Shown: positions 1-10,659, counted from the whole stretch's first letter. The stretch is DNA of 63,906 nt, filler included, from an uncultured bacterium (GCA_964471275.1; 3 parts of 3 records of this genome joined end to end with filler, not necessarily neighbours in it); one strand, 5' to 3'. Notes: generated from the sequence alone by a model not told the origin. Numbers and translations are program-made.

Positions 1-895
1 GACCACATCTGTCTCTGTACCCGGTGCCAGACCGCAATAGGAGCAGTCTCCTGCACTCGGTACCGTCAGAAGGTGTTCTGCGGCGTCGTCCGTGACCTCC
101 CATACGGAGGTATGGTGGCTGCGGCCGTCAGGATCGTCGGGGATGGCGTCAACCGGGAGATGGGCGCTTTTTGACCGGCCTGCGCAGATCCAGCGATCGC
201 CTGCCCTGAGGACGACAGGGGCGTGAATCATGACCCCGAGATCGGTCCAGGTCCAGTCTTCATACGGCGCCTTGCTCTCGCCGATCCAGGAATGGTCGTC
301 TGGCTGTTCCGTCCTTATGATGCATTTCAGGGTATGCGGATCGGTACGGAAGAGGACCGGCTCTCCCGGGCTACCGCCTATCCGGATCTGACCGATGCGT
401 TCCCACTCGAAGAGATCCTTACTGAAGACGAGATCGACAGACCGTTTGTCCCGCTCAGATCGAACGGGGAAGTGGTAGGCGGCTGAGGATTCGCCACATC
501 CAATAGTTCAGGCCGTAGATCTGTCTCGGCGTACCCCACGTAATTCCGTCTCGCGAAATAGCGACGTGTGAAATGAGGTCGGTCTCGGCATTTCGAATGG
601 TCCTCGTCCCATCTCCCCAGCGTGGAATCCAGGTGCCAAACACAACCCCCAGTCGATCCTCCGATGCAATCAGTTTAGGATCACGATCATCGCCACCCGT
701 GTCGAACCGTCCACACAACTCCCATACATCCAGATCTTCAGAGCGATACACAACGACATCGCCATTGGGCGGCATGCTATGATGTTGTGCTGTTCGGAAG
801 CCCAGATAGTAGTTGTCCTTCCAGAAGACGAGGTCGGTGAACGCATTGTGATAGCCGTCCGCGAAGACACGATCGATCGCGAATAATTCAGCCAT
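1..895 (-). pseudogene. BNR/sialidase-like beta-propeller protein, frameshifted near 484, running off the window start
   Basis: ATG at 895 gives MAELFAIDRVFADGYHNAFTDL...DRDPKL...SRDGITW (Asp-box)...NYWMWRIL. A second frame then continues AAYHFPV...SKDLFEW...PYEDWTWTDLG...LTVPSAGDCSYCG to position 1. HNAFTDL, Asp-boxes and the PS.GD.SY.G end are typical of this family. Confidence 0.7.
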
Positions 896-1008
896 TGGTG
901 TTGTCCTGTTGTGATATAGGTTGACCTGACAGAGCGTGAATGCAGACGCGGAACACGATACCTGCATTGACTGTTGATGTCACACAGATCTGGATGTGTT
1001 GAGAGCGT

Positions 1009-1450
1009 TCAGTCAGATACCGGTTGGTCATCGAGAACCACGCTCCGTGTCCGGACGAACCGAATGAGTAGATAGGCGAGCAATCCGACAGGACCGAACA
1101 AGAAGGTGAGGAAGAGCGCCGGGAGGATCAGGATCGTGGGGATCTTGTGCCGGCGCGCGTCACGAACTTCCCAGCATCCAACGAACAGATCGAACGCGAG
1201 GTAGTGTATCCATCCGGCAAGAAGCAGGCTTTGATTCTGGAATAACAGTGCCACTTCTGCGAGTGAGCCGAAGCCGCCGTCGGAGGACACCACGTTTCCG
1301 ATAATCAAGTAGAGATATTGAAAACCGAGAAGACTGCAGACCCCCACCGGGATGATGAGCCGAGGGACAATGTCGTGGCGTGCGAGNNNNNNNNNNCCAA
1401 CTGACCATTGCCGTTGTGTTCGACAACTGAAACAGCGTTTCGGGTGTCAT
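1009..1450 (-). CDS. ABA4-like (DUF4281) membrane protein, interrupted by a 10-N gap
   Basis: MTPETLFQLSN..W before the gap. After it, GFGSLAEV..LF...LLAGWIHYLAFDLFVG.W..RDARR..I...P.LFLTFLFGPVGLL. Confidence 0.85.
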
Positions 1451-2286
1451 CAGTCCATCTCCGGTCTGCTCTGATCTGTCCAGTTACCCGTGATGTCAAC
1501 GCCACGAACGACGATGCCCTTGTCGGCCCAGCCCATGTGTGCACGGACGTCCGCCGAGCAATACCGAAGGGCCAAGCCGCCGCGTCTGCGGTTGGAGGCG
1601 TTTGCATCCGAGCTGTGGAGCACAAGGTCTGAATGTATGGAAGCCTGTCCAGCCTGGAGACAAATATCAACGGGCGAATCGCCATACGATTCGGGCTTGT
1701 CCACGGTCTGGTTCAAAACGTTCTCCTCGTCGGCCTCGCTCATCCGATAGGTCAGGTGACCCTTGAGGTGTGAGCCCGGGATGAGTCGCATACAAGCGTT
1801 CTCCGTATTCGCGTCGTCGATTGCGAGCCACATTGTGGCAGTTTTCGAGGGGGTGAGGGGCCAGTAGCTCGCATCCTGATGCCACGAAACACGTTTCCCG
1901 TCGTTTGGCATCTTGCAGAAGTAGTGTGCTCCTTATCCAACGACGTTCTCACCAAGAAGATCGCTCACGATGTCGACGATGCGTGGTGTCTTCATCAGAT
2001 CGTAGACTCGACCGTGTGTCAAGTGCGCTGAGTTGATGGAGTAGCTGTTCTTGCCTGAAGCGATAGCACGTACCAGAAGACTGTCGAGGTAGCCACGGAT
2101 GTCATCCATTTCCGCCCGGTTGAAGATGTCGAGCCCGGTGACATATCCCTTCTTGTTGTAGGCTACGATCTCGTCAGACGTGAGCGCAGCCGGACTCTTC
2201 GTATTGCAGGGATGGAAGCTGAGATCACATTCGAGCTGCTCGACGTTGTCTATGTCGGCGATGATCTTGAAACTTCGTTCTGCCAC
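1450..2286 (-). pseudogene. Phytanoyl-CoA dioxygenase (PhyH) family with an in-frame TAA at 1933-1935
   Basis: ORFs 1933-2286 and 1450-1911 are in the same frame: LLGENVVG*GAHYFCKMP...WHQDASYW...MWLAIDDA..ENACM..IPGSH...HSS. HxD...H motif present. Confidence 0.8.
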
Positions 2287-2362
2287 AGATCAACAACCAT
2301 TGAAGAATCGGGTTAGCACGCGGAAGCAGCATCAATACCGATCACGGAGGTCCACGCAGCCC

Positions 2363-3178
2363 TCACACAAAAGCCTGAATATTACGATACCATCGAAGCT
2401 TTCCGCCATCCAGGGATTCAGCACCGTAAGCATCGAAAAACGGCTGAACCCACTCTTCACCCAGGTTTCGCCGAACACTGTACTGGGCGGAGGTGAAATC
2501 TCGGTAGAGATCTCCGACCCCGGCGTATCCGAGATCAATGAAGCCAGAGATCCTTCGTTCGTGGATCATCACGTTCGGCAGGCAATAGTCGCCGTGAGTA
2601 AACGCCAACGGGTCCGATCCAGGCGCACGGTCGACCAACCCGTTCAGTGCGTCCTCGGGCGTACCCGCCAATCCTTCATCTTCAACCATTTTCCGGGTAA
2701 CGAGGCCCTGCTGGATTCGCTGCCGACCGTGAGCGATCAACTTATCTGGTGTTCTGTCCAACGGACAATCATCGATTGGGATGGCGTGAATGGTGTGCAA
2801 GGCATCTGCGAGTTGTTCGACCAGACGCTGCTTGTTGCCGTGAAACGCATTGTTCTCGGTGCTGATTCCTGGGAGGCCAACGGTGATCAGGTATTCCGTC
2901 TCGTCGGCCCTGTGGTAGAGGACGACCTCGGGAACAGGGAGCCTGTCGGCCAGCCAGATCATGGCATCCGCTTCTCTCGACAGCGGCGGAGACCAGGTGT
3001 CGAATCGTTGGATCTTCAGAAAACGTACTGAGTCTGAGCTGGCGTGCACATACCGAAAGACGTTCGAATCTGAAGCGGTCTTCATATCCTCGCCCGAACT
3101 CGAGTATCCGGCTAGAGACCGTTCGACTTCCTTTGGCAGCATTACCGCACCTCTGTCAGGCAGAATCAGTTTGGCCAC
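2363..3178 (-). CDS. Aminoglycoside 3'-phosphotransferase (APH(3')) family kinase
   Basis: FLKI, WLADRLPVPEV, LHTIHAIPIDDCP, catalytic FTHGDYCLPNV, GFIDLG..GVGD.YRD, RRNLGEEW..FFDAYG. The start may be the internal MLPKE. Confidence 0.85.
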   Translation of the reverse strand: MAKLILPDRGAVMLPKEVERSLAGYSSSGEDMKTASDSNVFRYVHASSDSVRFLKIQRFDTWSPPLSREADAMIWLADRLPVPEVVLYHRADETEYLITVGLPGISTENNAFHGNKQRLVEQLADALHTIHAIPIDDCPLDRTPDKLIAHGRQRIQQGLVTRKMVEDEGLAGTPEDALNGLVDRAPGSDPLAFTHGDYCLPNVMIHERRISGFIDLGYAGVGDLYRDFTSAQYSVRRNLGEEWVQPFFDAYGAESLDGGKLRWYRNIQAFV

Positions 3179-3621
3179 GGGGTTACCTCCACTCCAATCT
3201 CAACCCCTTTTCGGGTCTTCCCGTCCTTGCGGGGAAGGAGGCTTGAAATTCGCAATCGGGCCTTCCCCGATCGAAATCCCATGATCCGTTCGGTGCCGAG
3301 GGTGCAGTTGAACGCCTTCAGTTCGAGTTCCAGCGGCGCTTTTCCGACGGGCTTCCCCTGCGAATCGATCGCCAGAACATAAAGCTGCTTGAGCTCGTAA
3401 GATCCCCCCTCGGTTACGTAAATCGTCGATGGGTATGCGACGAGTGAGTCGATATGAATGCCGGCCTTCGTCAGACTGTCGAGATCGCTCTGCTTGAACA
3501 GGTTCGGACCGATTGTGAACGCGGTCCTTGCGAAAGGCGTGTGAGCCTGCAAGACGGTGCCCCGGGTCTGTGCGGGGGCCGGGGTCAGAAAGACAGCGAA
3601 GAGCAAGATGAGGGTTGGCAT
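3166..3621 (-). CDS. Hypothetical secreted protein
   Basis: Signal-peptide-like MPTLILLFAVFLTPAPA; fits the co-directional run. Confidence 0.55.
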   Translation of the reverse strand: MPTLILLFAVFLTPAPAQTRGTVLQAHTPFARTAFTIGPNLFKQSDLDSLTKAGIHIDSLVAYPSTIYVTEGGSYELKQLYVLAIDSQGKPVGKAPLELELKAFNCTLGTERIMGFRSGKARLRISSLLPRKDGKTRKGVEIGVEVTPWPN

Positions 3622-3652
3622 AGTCGGCTTATCGATCGTGAGAACGGACGGT

Positions 3653-6067
3653 TCAGTCGGAGATATCTATGCGGTTCATCGTGTGCGCGGCTGCAGCAGG
3701 TAGCCGGTCGCGGGATCTTCGTGCCCTGTCTCCTTCAAGAAGCAGCGTTGCGTTGACCGATCGGAACGTCCTGCCGCGAATCCCAACGCTCGGCGTGTCC
3801 ACAGCAAGGACGTGGGTATCCCCGGATTTCCGGATCTGCAGCATCGCGGGATCATCGGCTGTCATCGTCGGTGTGATCGTCCACTGCCCTACTTTATATG
3901 TACCTGACGCGGTCTTCCGAACTTTGAGGGGGCGGGCGCCGACACAGACGATGCTCAGGAACCTGGCCGCCGATGCAGCTTTGGTCCGCGCGCTGGCGTG
4001 CCATCGCCTGGGGAACACCTTCGGTGTCTGGCCATGATAAGTCTTGTCGCCCCAGTTCAGGGCAGGTGGGTCGAATTTGTCTCCAATGTCCACCGAGAAC
4101 GCTGCAGACGATGAAAACGCCAGCTGTGCTTTACCTTTGCTGTTCTTTGAACTGAAGAGCGAAGACCGGCGATTGTAGCTCAGCGTTTGGTGTGCGTGCA
4201 GCTGCCAGGTCCATTCTGCATCGTGATCGGCTGCGAGATCGTCGTATATAACGACGATATTCGGGCGGAGAAGGGCCACGTGACGCCTGTAAAGCGTCAG
4301 ACCGGAGTCTCCATAGGCGTTCGAAGCGTCGCCCATCCAGTAGGTGATGTGTTCACCATCGATGAACCTGGGAATCCAACCGTAACCCTCGGGGCTGCGT
4401 GTCTGGCCCTTCCCGTCAACCAGTATCGTGTTGTGACCCCGTGTGTGTCGGTACCACCGCGTTGCGTGCTCATCGGCCATTGCGACGTAGTAGCCTGAGT
4501 TCGCGAACAGTCGCTCACCTCCGTAGAAGAGGTTGAACGCGTTCTGGCAGGAGTGCATATGGTTGAACGAGCCGAATGGACAAGATCGGAAGGCGACGCT
4601 CAGGTTACGGCCAATGTGCTCGCGGTCCGTGTGGACAGATACGAGCCCGGTGTCGCGGAAGAAGCGGGCGTTTGGATCGGTCCTTGCGTTTCTGCGTCGA
4701 GGGCGTTTCCAATCGAGTGACAGAATCGCAAGTCTGGGCGAGATCGGTTTCTGACGCGCTATGCGACGCCACCCTTCGACATAGTCGATGGCCTGCTGAT
4801 CGCCGAACCGGTGTCCCAGGTAGTCGACCCAATGAAGGTGATTCCCGCTCGGCTTGTCCTCGAGTTCGGTCCCATCGCCGAAGCCGTCGTTCTCCGACCC
4901 GACAGGCCAGACATAGCGAAGGAACTGTGAGGCGTTCCGAAACCAGGGCTGATCGTCGAATCCGCTAGCGCCGAACTGATCGAAATAGCGCGTCATTAGG
5001 ATGAGGGTCTCGACATTCGTGCCGAAGTACTTCGGACCATTCGCCCAGCCACCATCGTCCCCTGCGATCAGAGGGAAACGGGCAACCCAGAGTTCGTAGA
5101 TGTAGCGGCACCAGGCACGGGCCTCGGGGACGTCGCCTAACAGGGCCAGAGCTGCTTCGAAGAATTCGGTCAGAAGATGCTGCCACAGATGCGCGCCGAA
5201 CAGCCGGACTTCTACATTGTTAATCGAATCCTCAAAGAATCTCCGACAACGCGCGACCATGGCGTATCTCAGCTGTCGCCTTTCCGTTTCCGAAAGTCGA
5301 TCGTGCGCCGTGTCGTAAACGAGTGCCATCGCGCGCATACAGGACGCATCGGCGAAATCGCTTATGACGGGATTCGTGAAGCCGTCGGGGTCCCAAGCAG
5401 CCACGTTGAGCGCACGCCGAATTGCCTCAGCCGCGTAGCGATCATCACCACACAGCAAACCGGCACACACGAGGCTTTCGATTTCGGATACCTGGGCGCC
5501 GGCCAAACGCTTGCTGCCCCATCGCGCGAATTTCATACGCTTGTAGTCATCGTCTCCCTGGGCCGGGGGAGTGGCGTCATCGGGCAACTCCTGCCCGAGC
5601 AAACGGGCCGTCTCCCTGTAGAAGCGCTGAGCCAGCTCCTGGGATTGGAGGCATCTCATCTGCTGGAGTTCACGACGGGTGGGCATCAACCGAGGCCGGA
5701 TCGATGCAGCCTTCTCGAGGAGTTTCTCCGCGGACGGCAGATCCGTCTTCCTCGCCCTGTCGCGAACTTCGAACTCGTACGTGTCTGACCATGCTGTCTC
5801 TCCTGGTTTGCTGAGGCCGACCTGCCAGTACCAGGTGCCGCTCGAGAGTTCTGTCGCGGGCGTAAACATTGCCCAAGGCAGACCTGCTTCCATGATTGTC
5901 CCCCTCTTCGGGAAGCGCGTGCTCTGGGAAAGCCGAACCGTATACCGGACGCTCTTCCGTTCTGCTGCGGGCCAGAGCAGAGAAGGCGGGTTCTTATCGA
6001 CGCCAACCCCATTGCGGGGGGCTGCATCGGTGCGCGGGTTTGGATGTATGGCTCTAATCGTTAGCAT
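3653..6067 (-). CDS. DUF4962 / heparinase II/III-like polysaccharide lyase
   Basis: N-terminal NPPSLLWP...YTVRLSQ...GTWYWQV module, DGGWANGPKYF, GFGDG, FRSCPFGSFNHMHSCQNAF, HTRGHNTILVDG.GQ. Start taken at ATG 6067. Confidence 0.8.
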   Translation of the reverse strand: MLTIRAIHPNPRTDAAPRNGVGVDKNPPSLLWPAAERKSVRYTVRLSQSTRFPKRGTIMEAGLPWAMFTPATELSSGTWYWQVGLSKPGETAWSDTYEFEVRDRARKTDLPSAEKLLEKAASIRPRLMPTRRELQQMRCLQSQELAQRFYRETARLLGQELPDDATPPAQGDDDYKRMKFARWGSKRLAGAQVSEIESLVCAGLLCGDDRYAAEAIRRALNVAAWDPDGFTNPVISDFADASCMRAMALVYDTAHDRLSETERRQLRYAMVARCRRFFEDSINNVEVRLFGAHLWQHLLTEFFEAALALLGDVPEARAWCRYIYELWVARFPLIAGDDGGWANGPKYFGTNVETLILMTRYFDQFGASGFDDQPWFRNASQFLRYVWPVGSENDGFGDGTELEDKPSGNHLHWVDYLGHRFGDQQAIDYVEGWRRIARQKPISPRLAILSLDWKRPRRRNARTDPNARFFRDTGLVSVHTDREHIGRNLSVAFRSCPFGSFNHMHSCQNAFNLFYGGERLFANSGYYVAMADEHATRWYRHTRGHNTILVDGKGQTRSPEGYGWIPRFIDGEHITYWMGDASNAYGDSGLTLYRRHVALLRPNIVVIYDDLAADHDAEWTWQLHAHQTLSYNRRSSLFSSKNSKGKAQLAFSSSAAFSVDIGDKFDPPALNWGDKTYHGQTPKVFPRRWHASARTKAASAARFLSIVCVGARPLKVRKTASGTYKVGQWTITPTMTADDPAMLQIRKSGDTHVLAVDTPSVGIRGRTFRSVNATLLLEGDRARRSRDRLPAAAAHTMNRIDISD

Positions 6068-6531
6068 ATGTTCACGTGATTGAATTGAGGAGGAAGGCAT
6101 CGGGGGGTTACCATCGGTCCCCGAAGCGGTGGGAGTCATTGTTCCAAATGAACGATGTGCCGAGTGTGGGTGTATTGTCCATCATTCATACGGCAGCCGG
6201 TATCGATTCTCCTCCTCAGGACGTATCTTGACCAAGTTGGGATGGATTCCGTATTTCTGATTCCACTCTTTGAGTTCTTCCATGACCAGACCCGGGATCT
6301 CGACGGTTGGCCGTCTTCGCTTGCGCCAAGTTCGAAGCGGTGGGCATGATAGGGAAGGGGAAAGCAAAGTCAACGAGGGTGGGTAGTCAGGATGCCGGTA
6401 GACGGCACCGCCTTCGCCGCGGCTTCGGCGGGTCAGAAATCGGGAAATCGGGGGATCGTATCACTTTGAGAGAGGCAGAGGATGGCGTGGTCGAGGTAGA
6501 TCGAGCCTATAATCGATCGGGGGTACGGCGT

Positions 6532-8427
6532 GTGTTCTTCTTCACCGTGCTGGCTGCTCTCTGTGGCGCGTGTTTGCCGGCGGATTCCGGGCGTTCCGAG
6601 GCATCTGTTACTGGGTCGGCACGAGTGGCGACCCAGATGACCACGGCGCCGAGGACGGTCGATCCCGAGATTCTGAAAGCACGTGCTTTCTCCGAGGCAC
6701 CGATGCTGGCGAAACGCGTGCTGAGAGGTGAACTGCCACCTGTTTCTGACAGACTTCCCGAGAACCCGCTGGTGATCGTACCGATGGAAGCGATCGGGAC
6801 CTATGGCGGAACACTGCGCAGGGCGCTGACCGGCGACGTGGTTCAGATCTGGGGACCGAACAAGTCGCTGAGCGAAAACCTGATGGGGTACGGCAGACCC
6901 GATCACGGCATCATCGAGCATAATATCGCAGAGGCACACTGGTTCGAGAATGACGGGCGGATCGCATTCTTCCGAATTCGGAAGGGCTTGAAGTGGTCCG
7001 ACGGCCATCCCTACACCGTTGATGATATCCTCTTCTGGTATCACCATATGACGATGGATGACGATGCGCGTGCAACACTGTTGCCGCCTTCGGTGTGGAT
7101 GATCGCCGACGAGTCCATTGGGATGGAGAAGCACGATGACTACACGATCAAGCTGACGGCGAAGCGCCCCATGGGGCGTGTGCTCCACGCGCTATCCTCG
7201 GACTTCAGTGCCTTCCCCAAGCACCGGTTCGAGCATCTGCACCCGCGATACAACCCGGATGCCAGCTACGAAACTTTCCGGGACAGCACATCAAATGCAC
7301 AGCTGATCCTGCAGCCCGGGCTGCCCAGGATGTCGGCGTTTGTGCCGGTTGAGTGGAAGAGGGGGCAACGGATCGTCTACGAACGGAATCCCTACTACCA
7401 TAAGATCGATAGTGCGGGAAACCAGCTGCCATACGCCGATCGGCTCGAGTTCACGGTGATTCAGGATGAACAGGTGATTCTGCTGAAATTCATCAACGGT
7501 GAGGTTGATCTCTTCGGACGATATGCGCAGATCAGCATGTTCCCGACGTTGAAGGCGATGGAGCGGAACGGCAAGTACAGGGTTCGGGTCGAGCCGATCG
7601 ATCAGGGACCCGCCTTCTACGTGAACTGGGATGCCCCGAATCCGAACCTGCGAAAGGCTTTCCGGGACACACGCGTGCGGATTGCCATGTCACACGCCCT
7701 GAATCGCGAGGAGATCAGTGCAATTGCATATCACAATCTGCTCGATCCGGGAGGATATTCTTTCGGCCGGCGCACGCCCTGGTATGACGAGCAGGTGCAC
7801 AAGAAATACTCGGCGTACGATCCTGTAAAGGCGATGGCTTTATTGGATGAAGCTGGATATGTGGATGCCGACGGGGATGGCTATCGTGAGTTCGGCGACG
7901 GCTCCCCATTCAGCATAACGATCGATGTGATGCCCGGTGCGTGGGCAGATATCTGCGAACTGGCTGCCGAGCAATGGCAGGCAATTGGCCTTCGCGTGCA
8001 CCTGAATATTGCACTACGCGATATCGTCTGGCCACGACGGACAAACGGTACGTTCGACATACACTTCTGGGATCTTACCGGGCCCGATGATCCATTGGTT
8101 CGCTTGAACGAATGGGCCATCATGGGAGCGAACCTGCCATACTGGCACCGAAATGCGATCACGGAAGGTCCTGAGTGGCTCTGGGATGCGACGCGGCACA
8201 TCAAAGCGGCCCTGACCACGATCGATACGGCTGAAGTCAACTATCATATGCAATTTGCGCGTGATCTTCACACGGACAACGTGCCCGTGATCGCGACGGG
8301 ATCCGCGCACAAGATCTGGGGATACGGCACACGACTCGGGAACGTACCTCTGAGGGCTGCTGCCGGCGATGTCCGGCGAGACTGGAGTCGGGCGGTGTTT
8401 CATGAGCAGATATATATCAAGAAGTGA
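6532..8427 (+). CDS. Family 5 ABC substrate-binding lipoprotein
   Basis: Lipobox-like LAALCGAC; EAPML..RV..GELPPV..RLP.NP....IG.YGG; RKGLKWSDGHPYTVDD; ERNPYY.K.D..GNQLPY.D. The start is uncertain (ORF open from 6307). Confidence 0.85.
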   Translation: MFFFTVLAALCGACLPADSGRSEASVTGSARVATQMTTAPRTVDPEILKARAFSEAPMLAKRVLRGELPPVSDRLPENPLVIVPMEAIGTYGGTLRRALTGDVVQIWGPNKSLSENLMGYGRPDHGIIEHNIAEAHWFENDGRIAFFRIRKGLKWSDGHPYTVDDILFWYHHMTMDDDARATLLPPSVWMIADESIGMEKHDDYTIKLTAKRPMGRVLHALSSDFSAFPKHRFEHLHPRYNPDASYETFRDSTSNAQLILQPGLPRMSAFVPVEWKRGQRIVYERNPYYHKIDSAGNQLPYADRLEFTVIQDEQVILLKFINGEVDLFGRYAQISMFPTLKAMERNGKYRVRVEPIDQGPAFYVNWDAPNPNLRKAFRDTRVRIAMSHALNREEISAIAYHNLLDPGGYSFGRRTPWYDEQVHKKYSAYDPVKAMALLDEAGYVDADGDGYREFGDGSPFSITIDVMPGAWADICELAAEQWQAIGLRVHLNIALRDIVWPRRTNGTFDIHFWDLTGPDDPLVRLNEWAIMGANLPYWHRNAITEGPEWLWDATRHIKAALTTIDTAEVNYHMQFARDLHTDNVPVIATGSAHKIWGYGTRLGNVPLRAAAGDVRRDWSRAVFHEQIYIKK

Positions 8428-8491
8428 GAGGCAAGGAGCAAGAGGAGGGAGGCGTGTGATGGCGAACAGGGCGAACAGGTAAGGAGTAAGT

Positions 8492-9772
8492 GTGACGAGA
8501 GTGTTCAGTTTCATGCGTGGGAATGTGCTGGTGCTGTCGGTCTCGGGGGCACTCGGGATGTTCGCACGCAGTATGGTATTTCCGTATGTGCCGCTCTATA
8601 TCATGTCATTAGGTGGGGCACCCGCGGAGATCGGCGTGGTCTATGCATTGGGTCCACTGGGGGGACTGCTGGTGTTCCCGGTGGCGGGCTACCTGGCTGA
8701 CCACGTCAGCCGCGCGAAGCTGATTGCCTTTGCCCGGTTTGCGACGGCTCTTGTCGTCGTGATCAACGTATTTGCTCAATCCTGGGAGTGGATCGCAGTC
8801 GCACGACTCCTTCAGGGCTTTATTGTGTTTCACTTCCCCTCGATGTCGGCGATTATCGCAGATTCGCTTCCACCCGAGAATCGGGGTCGCGGGATGGCGA
8901 CGATGAACACGGTTTCCGGTTCTGTGGCCATCGTGGCCCCGTATGTGGCAGGGCTGCTGCTCGACAGTTATGGCATCGATGTCGGCATGCGTATCCTGTA
9001 TACGGCGATGTCGGTGGCCTACCTGGCGAGCGGCGCGATCGAACTGACATTTATCAAAGAAATGCGGGATGTCAAGCATCGTCAAATTAGTTTCTCAAAC
9101 GCTTCGCATACGTTGAAGGAGGCCTACAGCGGCGTCCCGTCGCTGCTTAATCGGTTCTCTCGTCCGATGCGCGGGCTTGCGGTGATCCTGATTCTCGGAT
9201 TCATGGCAAATGGTATCGCCAGTCCTTTCTGGGTCGTGTTTGCAAAGCGTCATCTCGGTCTCACATCGGCAGAATGGGGGCTCGTTCTGTTGATCGAGTC
9301 TGTGGCCAGAAGCCTTACGGGAATCCCTGCAGGCTTTGTTGTCGATCGATTCGGTCGCACACGGTTCATCATCGGATCGCTCCTTATTGGCGCGGCACTG
9401 ATTGCCGCATTCGGATTCACCCAGGGCTTCTTGGCCGTTGTCGTGATCCGGTGCGCCATCTCTGTGGTGGGTGCGTTCTTCGGGCCCGCTTCCGGTGCGC
9501 TCCTCGCAGATCTTGTTCCTCGCGATATCCGGGGTCGAGTAATGGCGGCGATCGGCCGAGGATCCGCGCGTCTGGCCCCAGCCTCCGGAGGTACCGGTGG
9601 ACCGGGAATGGGCTTCCTCGTGACGATTCCTCTTGTTCTGGCGTCTTACGTAGGCGGTGTGCTGTTCGAGTGGGATCCGATGGCACCGTGGATGCTCGTG
9701 CCAGTTCTCCTGATGGTTTCGATGCTGGTAGCAGTATTCTTTCTCAGAGATCCGAAAGAGGCCGAAGTTTAG
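8492..9772 (+). CDS. MFS transporter
   Basis: About 12 hydrophobic segments; motif A-like GYLADHVSR and GFVVDRFGR; ADSLPPENRG. Confidence 0.9.
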   Translation: MTRVFSFMRGNVLVLSVSGALGMFARSMVFPYVPLYIMSLGGAPAEIGVVYALGPLGGLLVFPVAGYLADHVSRAKLIAFARFATALVVVINVFAQSWEWIAVARLLQGFIVFHFPSMSAIIADSLPPENRGRGMATMNTVSGSVAIVAPYVAGLLLDSYGIDVGMRILYTAMSVAYLASGAIELTFIKEMRDVKHRQISFSNASHTLKEAYSGVPSLLNRFSRPMRGLAVILILGFMANGIASPFWVVFAKRHLGLTSAEWGLVLLIESVARSLTGIPAGFVVDRFGRTRFIIGSLLIGAALIAAFGFTQGFLAVVVIRCAISVVGAFFGPASGALLADLVPRDIRGRVMAAIGRGSARLAPASGGTGGPGMGFLVTIPLVLASYVGGVLFEWDPMAPWMLVPVLLMVSMLVAVFFLRDPKEAEV

Positions 9773-9877
9773 GGCAGAGAGCAAAGCGGGAAACGCAGGG
9801 GCACAGAGACTAGGGCAGGAAGCAAGTAGGCGGCCCGCAATTGAAGGGAGAAGACTACGTCTGATTCGCTGATCTGG

Positions 9878-10333
9878 ATGGCTTTCGGATGGGGAGCGTT
9901 GAGTGCAGTTTCACTTCCTAATTGGGGTGCACTGGTAGGCGTATGGACGCGACCCACGAGGCGCGTGGCCTCGTCGGCGATGGCGTTTGGCGGAGGGGCT
10001 CTGCTTTTCGCCCTCTCGATCGAGTTGTTCGGGCACGTGCTGCATCGGGCAGGAGACAGTCACGGACACATCACGGAACCCGGGCTCGTGATGTCAGCCC
10101 TGATAGCAGCAGTCGTCGGGGGGGTGTTGTTCAACTTGTTGAACCGGATACTCGAGGGGCAGGGCGGTTTTCTGCGTCGACGAGGTCTGATCCGAAGGCA
10201 CATTGTCAGGCGTCGTCGCTCGGAAACACGTCAACTGCTGAAGAGCCTATCGAACGTCGAGTATTTCCGGTCGTTGCCCGCAGAAGAGGCTATCAGGTTG
10301 ATGCCGGATGTGGAGACGGCTGTACGCTGTTGA
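9878..10333 (+). pseudogene. Truncated ZIP-like membrane protein / cNMP-binding-domain fusion
   Basis: SAVSLP.GA...MAFGGGALLFALSIELF resembles the N-half of ZIP transporters. LSNVEYFRSLP.EE is the usual start of a cNMP domain, then the ORF ends abruptly. Confidence 0.5.
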
Positions 10334-10617
10334 TGCATTGGGGATGAGGGGAGAGAAGATGACGACGGCCTATGACACGGCGGTAGAAGGGAAGCGCCTT
10401 GTTGACGCGGGTGAGTCGAATCAGGCGAAGGGCTTGTTGTCTGGGTATGTGGCAGAGAATGTGGAGAAGGTCCTGGATACGGTAGGCGATTTGATGGGAG
10501 GGGTGAAGGCGAGGGTGTCTGCTTGAGCGGGCGGTAGTATTGGCCGCATCGGGTCGATGACAAGCTAGATCGGGTTGCTGGACTGCACAGTCAAGGGGCT
10601 GGTCCAGACCAGGGAGG

Positions 10618-10642
10618 GATCCTTCGCAGAGCTCAGGATGAC
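10618..10642. repeat. REP-like dispersed repeat GATCCTTCGCAGAGCTCAGGATGAC
   Basis: Near-identical to 17847-17871 and related to the reverse complement of 34474-34496. Confidence 0.7.
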
Positions 10643-10659
10643 ACCCAATGACTTAGCCG

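Noticed and set aside
6182..6373. Small minus-strand ORF ending EEENRYRLPYE
   Set aside because: It could be a gene tail, but there is no credible start or recognisable family.
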